NCBI GenBank assembly: GCA_965285935.1
Contig: OZ260661.1
Span: 123,132,001 to 123,196,000 of the forward strand
Origin: Ophelia neglecta
Lineage: Eukaryota
DNA length: 64,000 nucleotides
Direction of reading: 5' to 3'
Each line of letters starts with the position of its first letter. The first letter of the stretch is position 1. Both the position numbers and the translations under genes were made by a program. Positions 1-11,688 of this stretch are shown here, piece after piece. The notes beneath the pieces are model-generated. The model had not been told where the DNA came from and searched no databases. It worked only from the letters and a program-made list of their open reading frames with translations.

Positions 1-929
1 CCTGCAATTTGAGATGAAATCACGGAGTGTAATATATAGTTGGGCGTATTAAATGGAACCAGATGCATCTAACTGAATTGGTTTGACTGATGTTGGCCTA
101 CGACCACAGACAGATCAAGTTGGTGGGCCAATGTAATTATGTGGTGTGAAATTTTGTGGGATAGTTGTCTGCGGTATAACAGCGTTGGGGTGTTGGCAGG
201 ATTTTTTTTTACAAGCATGCTGCGACTGGTGCTCACTTGCTTTGATTAAATCTTCTAGAAGGGTAGGGGTGGGGCGGTATATTTCGTTATTACCTTATGA
301 GCTATATGGCCTCCTATATAGGCCGGAAAATACCCAAGTAGCGCCAATTTAGATCATATTTTCGTTTCCATTCAATCTGAAATTACATGCTGCATTGATA
401 CGAATTCCGTAATCTATAATAAATTTATAAAAATCTTTCAAGAAGGGCAATCTGGGTGTTTTAATTCGGACTATTAGTTAAGTATTTGGGTGTATGGCGC
501 AAAACCCCTTCAGAGTAATTCCGGTAAGGAAGAAAGATGACCACTTTCTTGAAAGGTTGTTAAGTGAAAATTATGTTTGAAACCGCATTGACATAACACA
601 ATCATGTCTAGTGGACAACACCATGTAAAGGGCATTAACGACACTGACGTTCATATTGCTGTTTATGTATTGAAGCTTATTGCCAGAGACCTATAAATTA
701 TTCTCAGATGGGGCTACAACATACTAGAATGTCAACTCATAATTATATATTTGTAGGGCTAACCCCCATCATATTAAAAACGGCATTATAAATAACCTAT
801 GAAGAATTTGCTCAGATTTTTATGCCAGGCCTACTGCAGGTATACTGTCCAAATGAACGATTCGATTGCACTTGACTTCTAGTGATGTCATCACATTAGA
901 GGAGTGATTTTAGTGTTCGCAAGGTTGAG

Positions 930-967
930 GCTATTGCATTCTGGGCAGACGCCGTTTGGAGTATGCG
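930..967 (+). promoter_or_regulatory. Conserved non-coding block upstream of receptor paralog 1
   Basis: 29/38 ungapped identity to 11547-11584; the two blocks start 148 and 142 bp upstream of their start codons. Confidence 0.6.
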
Positions 968-1077
968 CGCCAAACGCCCAGTTGGCTCACTTACCGCGTC
1001 GCGAGGCACAACGCAGGCTGTAAGCATCTCCTGGGACCAATAGTTGATGTATAACCGGCCTTTAACTGCAATACAAG

Positions 1078-4000
1078 ATGGCTGCTAAAATAGCAGGATT
1101 GTTCTTCGCTAGTTTTATGATTTGGATTAATATGGTGGCGTCAGTCGATCGGCCCAAATTCGGTAGGTATATATGAAAGTTCACAGCGCACTTTGCAAAA
1201 GAGGTAAGTTTTTATACGTCGATTAAAATATAGTAACAGGTTGGTTGTGTTTCCTATAGNNNNNNNNNNNNNNNNNNNNNNNNNNNNNNNNNNNNNNNNN
1301 NNNNNNNNNNNNNNNNNNNNNNNNNNNNNNNNNNNNNNNNNNNNNNNNNNNNNNNNNNNNNNNNNNNNNNNNNNNNNNNNNNNNNNNNNNNNNNNNNNNN
1401 NNNNNNNNNNNNNNNNNNNNNNNNNNNNNNNNTCGCATGCGTTTAATTTTGTCCACACCCTGACATACATACACATATACCCGGGTTAAATATGTTGAAA
1501 AAATGAATAATAAATAAATAAAGAAAAACTTCATTTCAGAAACGGGCCAAACGTACACCGTGGCAGCGGTCTTGGTAAGCATTTTCATTTGATATCTATC
1601 GGTTTAATTCGTCAATGTAGTTTCTCTCCCTCACATTAGTGTGTCATAGGTCAGAAAGACACATTTGTAAACTTAAGGGAACGGGATTACTTTTTGATTT
1701 CACAGTCGACTTTTTGATATAATTAATTGAGGGGGTTGGCGGGAGGGGGGGGGGGATCTCGTGTTATTGGACTCTTACTCTGTAAAAGACGGAAGGGCTT
1801 ATATTAACACTCAGAAATGGCGCCATTCGAATAGGGATACCGAAAACTGCCAGATAATACAATACATTTATCTTATGTCCATATTTTCAGGCAATAGTGA
1901 GCCCTGTGTCAATGCCCTGGAGGAATATAGCAATAAAAAATTGATAGTCGTGCGTTAAAATAAAAAATTGCTTATGTTATTGTTAAACGTCGTGTCTTTG
2001 CCCTTTCAGGAGCATCCTTTTCTGATGAAAAATGACTCCCACCCAAAAGGGTATAGTGGCTATGTGATGGACTTTATTAAAAAGTTGGAAGACTTTAAAA
2101 GTGGCGTGCAGTATGTCATTCGTGTAGTCGAACAGCACGGCTTAAAGCAGTTAGGAGGTCACTGGAATGGAATCATCGGTGACGTAAAAAGTAGGGTAAG
2201 TGTGCAATAGCGCATGCGCTGACCAGTTAAACCCTTTCTATTATTCTTGTTCGTAAACATGGCTGTATATAATACGTACCCCAATATTTTTGGTTTATAT
2301 TTGCAAACCGGCAATGTGTAGCGGTATAAAATTCATACTCGGAGTACCGTATACTTCTTCTTGATTGACGTTTGAGATGGTCATTCTTGTTAGAAAACGC
2401 ATTTTAACATATTTAGTATATGGGGAGGTTTTAATGCAAACTTATCGTAAATTTTATCTTTAAGTCTTTATTGCTTGATCGATTTGATACTGTTTAACTC
2501 AGGCAGCCGACATTGGCATAGGTCCAGTGTCGATAACAAATGAGCGGAGTGCAGCGGTGGACTTTTCTAATCCCTTTATGAAGTCGAAAACAACTATGGT
2601 GGCATATAAAACGGCTTCTCATTCCATAGATGCGGCGTACAGGAAACCCTTTCAATTCCCAACCCGACCCTTTCACCCATATGTATGGGTTACCATATGT
2701 ATATCATATGTTTTGGTGAGCAGTGTTATTCAAATTTATATTTTTTTGCATATCGACGATCGCCAAATAACTAATTTGTCAACAACAGCAAAACTAGGCT
2801 GTTAGACTGTCCTTCAATATGAAATGTAGAAAAGAAATATTTATTTAGCTGCCTTTGGTTTTGACTGTTGTTATGTTAATCTAGTTTAAAGGGTCCCTTG
2901 GCTCAAAAACATGACAGCGATGAATGGCATTTGTCTAAAGCTTATATTTCCCAGGCCCAGTATGTTTTTAACAGTTTTCGACTTGCGTAGGCCTTTTAAG
3001 CTGAACGGCTTCAAATTTAAAATGTTCTTATCTAATTAATAGTTTGAAAGTTATAGTAATATGTTATAGTTAAATCACTATAGTTAACACTTCATTTTGC
3101 AGATCAGTGTTTTAGCAGGGATATTAGAACGGGTTACCCAAGGAGACCGATCCCCTATTCCCAGATGCATTGGACACGGTTTCTGGTGGGCCACTCTGGC
3201 ATTTACTTTTCAAGGCAGGCACATGTTTCTCTTATAAATAAATCCCCAATTTAATCGCCAATCCCCCCCCCCCCATGTCGCGCAAACACGTCCCCCCCCC
3301 TCTCGAAAATAAATCAAATGTAATGCTCCCTGACTGGGGCAAATTCGTTCCTTAATAAAGGGGGAATCATGTATTTTTGCCAATGCAATAATGAATGTAA
3401 CAAAGCGTCTAAATAAGTATTTGACTACTTATTGGCTCCCTTTTATGTTTGCCTCGTCGGTGATCAGGCCAAAGGGTAAAACATTCCTTTATTTGTTTCG
3501 TTGACAAAGTTTTTTGTCGTATGTCGCAGTTTCAGCTGCTCCTCTTTCATTTTCTTACGGGGCGGAATGTTGCTCAGGAACGCTTAAAAACGACCCTGTC
3601 CCTGGTTACCTCTCTCCTCTCTCTTATGTTTACTTTTTTGACTGTGCAGGTTTTGTGAAAGCCCCAAGAAGTATTGCTGTCCGTGTGTTGATAGCGTTTT
3701 GGGCCATTATGTCGATCCTTAACATCTGTCTGTACGTCTCCGGCATGGTCAGTTTAATGGGATCAGAACTAAAGCTGGACCGTTTGTCCACTGCTAAATA
3801 TTATAGATTTGAGAATCACATCAAAAGCCTACAGGACCTTGAGAAACAGAGCCACGTGAGGTACAGTTGGGTTGAGGGAAGTAACACCCACGCTCTATTC
3901 AAGAACGGCCTCCCAGACGATGTCTATGGGAAAATGTTCCAGGTGAAGGACGACGAGGATCAAAGCACTGCTTACCTAAAGACTGTGGAAGAAGGCATTC

Positions 4001-4688
4001 AAAAAGTCAGAGACGGCAAGGGCAACTTCATCTTTATAGGCGAAACCGTGCCCAGTTCATACTTTACTCAGCAGAAACCATGTGACCTCGAGTTTATTGG
4101 AGACGACAAGAAGAATTTGGATTATGCGGTAGTGATCCGAAAGGACACCGATTATAAAGAGCTCATCGATAACATGATTGATTTTTATACGAATAACAAA
4201 GCATTGGAGAATATGAAGAAGAAGGTACGCTCTCTATGTTACTATCTGCCATAGATACTGATGCAATAACGTCGATCAACTAAAATTTAATCTCCTATCT
4301 GTAATTACCACCATACATTAAACAAATCTATTTTTAGTGGTTCCCCGATGAGTGTAAAGATGACGACGAGACAATCGTCATTAAGCAGGAAGATGACATC
4401 GTTAACCGCAATGTCCTGCACATCGCCGAGTATTGTGGCATCGTCCTCGTGCTTCTCATCGGCGTGATCCTGGCAGTGGTCGTCTCAATTGTGGAATGTG
4501 TTCTTAGAAGAAAGAGAAATGTAAATATAATTAGCTGAAACAAATCACGTTCCCTCTTTGATTTTGGTTGGCATTTTATTGTTTAGCTTATTAACAGTAA
4601 AGCGATAATATATATCTTTGCGATTGATAAAAATAAATAAATTTTTCACTCTCAGAAAGCGGACGATGCAGATGCAGTCGGAATGTAG
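1078..4688 (+). CDS. Ionotropic glutamate receptor-like protein lacking the amino-terminal domain (paralog 1)
   Basis: Exons 1078-1162 (signal peptide MAAKIAGLFFASFMIWINMVAS), probable exon 2 inside the N gap (acceptor ttcctatag ends at 1259), 2010-2195, 2503-2715, 3103-3214 (GC donor), 3650-4224, 4338-4520, 4656-4688. Motifs: S1 WNGIIGDV and GPVSITNERSAAVDFSNPFM; pore FWWATLAFTFQG; S2 YSWVEGSNT, FIFIGE and KPCDL; M4. Intron positions and phases match paralog 2. Confidence 0.88.
1260..1432. other. Assembly gap (173 N)
   Basis: Run of N directly after a splice acceptor; probably hides exon 2 of receptor paralog 1. Confidence 0.99.
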
Positions 4689-4769
4689 ACCTGGCTAAAA
4701 GCTACCTTACCTTATTCTCAACACGCTGCACCATATGTGACAACGCCCTGTGAAAAATGTATTTTGCAT

Positions 4770-5650
4770 GTTTCACACAAAAACAGAATGATATATTTGA
4801 ATGCCAATGATACGCCATTTTGTATCATCTGGACAAGTGGACTTGTTGAGAAATTCAATGTTTACCCAGGACCAGGCATCACCTGTTGCAAATAGACCAC
4901 TGTAAGGTGTTTTCAAGACTCCCACCCCTGTTCAAGTACCTTTTAACCGATGCGAACCTTGTTACATGAGGAATTTTCACCTGAATATAAACATGTTTTC
5001 TTCTTGAATATTCGTTCATATTCATAAGTTTGTCTTAGTGATCTTTGGAATAACTTTCTGTTTGCTTCATTTTATATTTTTCAATAATATTAGTTTAGAA
5101 TTTGTAATGTTCAATACATGCTCAAAGTATGTGAAAATCCCAATAGTTGTTTTATATTATTCACATGTAAATTCCACATTAAGCTAGCATCCCTTGAACA
5201 GATAAGCCAGTATATTGTGGCGCTAGTAAAAGATGGGTTGACATTTGGCAGGTTTTCACCACCATAGAACGTTAGCGCTATACCAAGTCATACTCCCAGG
5301 TACTCTGCTGGACTAAATCCCAGCTGTTGAATGAATAACATCCCAGTACAGTTTTCCCCAGTTGATATCAAATATCAGCCGCGACAGTAAATAACGATGA
5401 ATGATGTCGTTAGCCACGTATATAAGTCAAACACTCTAAGTCTGTTGATCATACCACGCACTCAAGTGCGATCCGATATCCATATATATGATTTTTTATA
5501 CAAAAACATAACACTTGATCTTAGGCCATGTATCGGAAAATCAAAGTTAAATGCCGATCCTTTTATTTCACTTAGCAAATTGTTACCTTGGCATATTTTG
5601 CAACACACAAATGGAATATCTTCACAAAATGTCTTATGCTGATCCATATG
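4770..5650 (-). pseudogene. Probable decayed, intronless ionotropic-receptor-like sequence
   Basis: Hand translation across frameshifts and stops gives, in receptor order: FDFPIHGLRSSVMFLYKK (end of S1), LRVFDLYTWL (pre-M1), LYWDVIHS..SSRVPGS..VLWW..NILAYL (M2-M3) and FATG..W..EFLNKSTCPDDTKWRIIGIQ..SVF (pre-M4). Confidence 0.4.
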
Positions 5651-8600
5651 TATTTGGCAAATTTAATGTAAGTGGAATGACAATCGGAAAAAAAAAGATA
5701 TGAAAAATGTCAAACGTTTTCGCCCTTTTCGCTTATATATAGCGTTCAAGCCAACTATAACGTGGTCCCATATGTTCATGTTGAAGGACTATGGATAGAA
5801 GAGTGTTAATGGGTCAAAAAAAGATACCAACAGGACGAATCCGATCTAACCATTAAAACAATACGATTTTTGAAAAAGAATTTTCTTGCTATAGACTGAT
5901 GGTATATCCTATCATACGCTGAAAAGACAAGGCATTCTTATTATTGCCGACGCGTCTTACACTGATGATTACCAATTGATGTAGAGTGAGATATGCAAAA
6001 AAAGAAAGAAAAACAGGCAAAATTTAAGTAAAGCAGATGTAAAAAATATTGTGTTGACAAATATCTCGACCCGTTTATCCGTCATCAGTGTACAAATGCG
6101 AAGTCACTCTATTTAAAGTCTCCGACAGTCATCCTCCGCGAAATTTTTACCAATACCACCTTTGTACACTTATTTTTTACACGTGTATTACTTATACCTT
6201 TTCCAGTTTTTCCTGTTTTTTCCATTTCCGTTTTCCATTTCACAGGTGTGCACAGCAATTTCATTTGGTATGTATGAGATAATGCCTTTAGTTGAACATC
6301 AAGGGAACTTCTATCAGAAATGTGCCTTTGTGTTGGGGAAATTTATATTAATACTTTTAATCAAATACAATGTTTTAACCAAACTGGACATTCGTATTGA
6401 ATGATAGCCAAAGCCTTAATGGCAGTTTTTATGTATATAACTCGAGTGGATTATTACACAGGAATCCACTGTTTCGAATGAGTTATTTGGCTTAAACCAA
6501 TGGCCTATCAATTCACGGCTTTTAACCTATAGGTCAGAGTATCTGTATGGTTCTAGTTTGAGAATTTTGCAGTGGTAGACAAGTTATGCAACTAACATAG
6601 CTTGTGCTTGACCAATATGAAACATGTTAGGTAGGGCACCACTAGATTCTATGAAGCATGCAATGTGTAAGTCTGAAACTATTGGGATGTTATGAGTATT
6701 TCGAGCAAGCTCACTATGCACTGCACATGGAACTAGGTCGTTGTACACGACCAGGATAAGATATAAGCACACTTAGATGGTCTACCTATTTGACGTGCCA
6801 AGGAAACTCGTGGCAAGTTTTTATATGTAAAAGACGAAGTGCTTTGAATATTGTGGCCCTTTCTTTGAATATGGCCAGTACGCTTTAAAGTAATACCCAA
6901 AACACACCTTGATGGTAACTCGATTGAAGTTGACAAAATCAGTGCCGGGTATTCATTTGTATCGTACACCGAAGCGTCAATTTGAAGATTCAATTTTGAA
7001 GGAAGCATGGCAATCTTTGGCTGTAACATCTCTTTGAGTTACAGTAATGACTGTGAAAGTGTGTTACTTGCACAAACTAAGCTTAGCAATAAGCCAGTAT
7101 CAGAGGAATGTAACATTAGTGATAATCCTGACGAGGGTAGCATTTTGGAGTTATTGTCGTCTGATGAAATTGGTGAATTTCACGATTCTCGGTTTGTGAA
7201 AACATTTCTAGTGATGATGAAAATCTTCTCTGCACCGCAGCATCAAGTGCAGCAAGCTGCTCAAAGCTCCAAGTCAGATTTTGTAAACCCAAATCAGACT
7301 GTGTGATAATTTGAATACTCAATGACGCTATCTTGCTTTTACTCTGAATGATTCTATTTTCTTGTAGTTGATTAACAAATGTCCTAAAGGTTATAATTAC
7401 GACTTTCTGTAGTTGATAATATCAGTTGAAATAATTGACGGTTATCGTGAAGCCACAAACTTGTTCCCGCGAGTGATGATGTTTTCGGAAATTCGTAAAA
7501 TTATTGAACCGTTACAGTATATTAAACTGCAATCTGCACATTAACATGTGTATGTAAAATGCTTTTTTTCTGTGTCATTATTTTATTTGTCGCTACATGA
7601 CAAGAAAAAAAAAATGGTGGGCTGTTGGCTTTTAAACAGATGAAAGACGGCCCGCAATGTTTTAGACAGAAATCGATCCGACTTCAAAATGTCACGTGCT
7701 TCTAGAGATTACAAAAGATGGAATGACATATTGCATTAGCAGCTTCATATGACAAATTAAAAAAAAGAGGATGGCGGTGATTAACCAGGAGCCATTCTCT
7801 ACGAGATGGACATATGCTTACTGCAATAATTGGAGTCAAGAGTGTGATTTAGGCACGCAGGTTTCTGTATGAACCACGTTTCTAATTTTCGAACACAACC
7901 ACAACTATCCAACTTCAAACTATGTAAAGCCGTTAAAAATAATACTTAACTGTGATAAAAACTGCGAAACGCTCATGAAAAATATGATTGGAACTCGGTT
8001 CAATAACTAGGACCTACACAATCCATAATGTTCTTACCAATGCAAACTACATGTTTGGATCCGATTCAGGAATACATGTGGTTTTCTTTGGGTGTCAAAC
8101 CATGTAAAACCATTCAAATGAGTACTGTAAAAGGATGATAAGGCCGTAAAACCCCCGACAGACATGATAGGAATAATAATGCCCGTTAACTAAGATACGT
8201 ACTCTCACATTAAAAAGTACAATTTACCTAACTATATAATGTCCTTGCAAATAACACTGTGTTCCACATTCAACCCATGTAATTTGGATAAATTGAACCT
8301 TTGAAAATTGAAAGTGATAAAAAACTAGACACGAAGATTCCAAATACACCATAGTAAGATATTTTATTAATATCTAAATGGCAGTAGTATATATTTATTG
8401 AAATCGAGGCAGGATATAGTTTCTCATTATAGGCTGGGCCATATAGGCCTTTTTTAACCTACAGCGGAAATCCAAGCGAACATTTCAATTTTTTGGGTTG
8501 TATGAAATTTCAAATGTCGTTGTAAATAGGGTGGGACCCGAACCCACAACCCCTCACGGTACCATCCACCTAGCCCAGCGATACCGGCGACTCTCTCCAT

Positions 8601-11546
8601 TGTGCTACATCCCCAATGGATAGAGTCGCCGCAAGGGTTGACTTTATGGGTGCTATCGAAGCAACCTTTTTGGGGGTTGGGGATGTTGCACAATGGATAT
8701 AGTCGCCGTTATGAAAGAAATAATAGCTTCTGAATTCGTTTGGAATGTTTTAAAGTCGCTGTATTGTCAATTTATGAAAATAAGCATGAACAATGATTTG
8801 AGATGATTGTTTTGGGAAACGGTAACCTGTTTCCTGCATTATCATATTCCAAGAATAAAGCGTAACACCCCTGACAATAGAATAGCCCTGTTATATGGTT
8901 AATAACAAAACTGCAGACTACAAAGCAATCATGCAAGAAGAGATATTCCCCAATCTTTAATTTTAGTGTTATTTAATCCTTATCGGCTACCAGTTTTTGT
9001 ACAGATTAATAAGATGCCCCACTGTTACACCTCTGACAAAAGTATGGTCATCACATTCTAGCAAGTTAGGCGACATTTATATAATACATGCATGTATTAA
9101 AATTTATAAATGGCCCACATCGGAATAATCCAGTGATTATAGATACATGACACAATAGTACATTACCAGAGTTGTTGGTTGTTTCAAAGACAATATAGCA
9201 TCATTAAGAAAGAATGCTAGTTATTAAAGGGGCAAATAGGTTATTCAATTCTATTTCACGCTGAATCTTAACACACTGACAGCTTTTCGACACGTAAAGG
9301 ATGACAAATAAGAACCCAAGCAGCATAAGGACTAATATTTTTCCGCATTGCTCTCTGTACTTAGCCTCGTCATCCTGAAATACTTTGAGACACTCATTTA
9401 TCAACCGTGTATAGCTTAGGGACATTTGTTATATAACATCCTATGGGGTTATTTTCGAGACAGGCCATTATATCTAGGCATTTGCGAAGATGTGTGTTCG
9501 ACAAATGTACGCATCAGAGGATATCTGAACAGCTGAACTTGGCCTACAAGATGCTTTCAGCATCATCAACAAAATATCCGATGGTTCATCACCATAAAGC
9601 TGGTTAAAAATAATGTTAACTGGAACATACTATTCAATTGAGGTCGAACAAAACAGGCAATGTGCGCGTTTTGCATGATCACAGCCAAAGTTTTGTACAG
9701 CATCTTTTGATTGGTTATCTATGTCATGTGACCTTTTTGTATGGTGCGGACTCAGTAAGAAATCTTCACCGACATTCGGCCTTTAAACCAGAAATGCGAG
9801 GGTTATAGTCCAAATCAGTTATTGTTGGTAGAGATTGGTATAGGATATGACAATGCATTAAATAAAAATCATTAAACAATGCAACGTCGCTTTCGATCGC
9901 TTATGATTTGGCGGAGCGGTATGCCAGTCTCGACGAATGCCCTCTGACGGCCACTCTCGACTGAAGCGTGAATACATGCGAACTAACATTCCCAAAATGA
10001 CGTCATTTGGATATGAAAACACGGTAAAAAAAAGTCTGCAATATATCAATCAAGAGCGCAAAAAAATAAACACAACGTTACAAATTCGTCCCGAAAAAAC
10101 ACACCGTTTCACTATTAAATACAAAGCATTAAGGATAGGGAATTAAGACGGAATATAGAAATTCTCAGATTCGGTGGGAATGCTTCTTATCAAATGGTTC
10201 AATGGGTGAAGAAGAAACAAAACGGTCTGAATGAAGGGACTGTTTTACTCCATGTGAATACTCATAACTAAACGTCTAGATTGGCCTCTACGGCATATTT
10301 TATCTCTGTCATAAAATTCTTATCTGAATACTAAGAGTAGAACAATATGGTTAAATATAGGAGTATTTTTTTTCATCCAACAGGTTTCCCCAGGTATCCC
10401 AAGATGGCAACACACTTGGCATGAATTCAAAACATGCAGTGCAGATGCTGCTCCTGTTAGGTAGAAAAGAATAGCTTTAAATAAACTAGCACAATTTTAT
10501 GTACCAAATGACTGAATGTAACCTAAACCTAGAGTATAAGAATGATTTTTATCACCATTAGCCCACTTTGTAAGCCTTATTTTATCTAAGAATCTTTATA
10601 AGAAGCCTTTGATTAATCTTTTCAATCTTTATATTCATATACATCATGAAAAAGTTGGTGTTATATAACCCATGGGATTCCGAGAGTAACTTAATACCTT
10701 TCTCTACTTTGAAGGTATAGTAGAGCAAATTTAACACTTACAATATCGCACAGCGGGTATTATTGCATCTGCTTCCTAGTCATATAATATCGAGTGTTAC
10801 AGATGCTCGTGTTAAGTCTCAATAAGAGCGTGACTGATTCACTTGTCAAAAATGAAATGTTCAAGCGTGCACCCTCCTATCTCATCTACACCTGCCTATT
10901 CGGAGTATTTCCTCTCTTTCCTACTCTGACTACTGACTCGGTTATTTTTTATCTGATTCGCATCATGGAAAACAGTTGATTACTTCTTAGTGTAAATGCT
11001 ATTAAACTTGGGATTATTTTATCTTGTTAAATGTTTATTAATGCTTGAGAGCCGGAGATTGATTTATTGATGTGTTTGGTGCTGTGGCTGCTGTTTACAT
11101 CCCGACTGGTAGTCATTTACTAGAATGATGATTTGGTGTTTTCTGCTGGGTATCCAATCCAGTTATTTTGTGCAGGCGTCATTTTATTCCAATAATATAT
11201 TATTAATTATAATTATATTAAAATCGCCCCCGCTTTCAATGCAGTGGAAAGTTTCTACTATCATCAAAACGTTAAGGATCTGATAGTAGAGCATGCAATA
11301 AATGTATATAGTCCGAGGTGTAATTTGTGTATTGCCGGACTAAAAATGTTGGAAAAGTATCGGAAGATGTGGAAAGCAAGGAATTGTACACCTGCATTTA
11401 TTAAGTTATTCTAAATAAACAATGTTTACATCTTTAGTAATATGATTTGTCGCAGTAAAACCTTAATCTTAAAAAGTGGGTCAAAAGCTTAATATTGCAA
11501 AATAGTTTGGCCCAAATATTACATCAGTTACGTACCTTGTCTAGAC

Positions 11547-11584
11547 GCTACTGCTTGCTGGGTAGACGCTTTGTGGATTAAGCG
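11547..11584 (+). promoter_or_regulatory. Conserved non-coding block upstream of receptor paralog 2
   Basis: gctactgcttgctgggtagacgctttgtggattaagcg aligns without gaps to 930-967. Confidence 0.6.
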
Positions 11585-11688
11585 TCAACCGAGCCAGCTC
11601 CGCAACTGTCTCGTGGAGTCATTAATCAGAGGATGTATGCATATGTCAGAGAACGAGGGTGTTTAAGCGCTTAAGTGCAACTAAGAGG

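Noticed and set aside
1141-1588. ORFs spanning the N run
   Set aside because: Open only because of the assembly gap.
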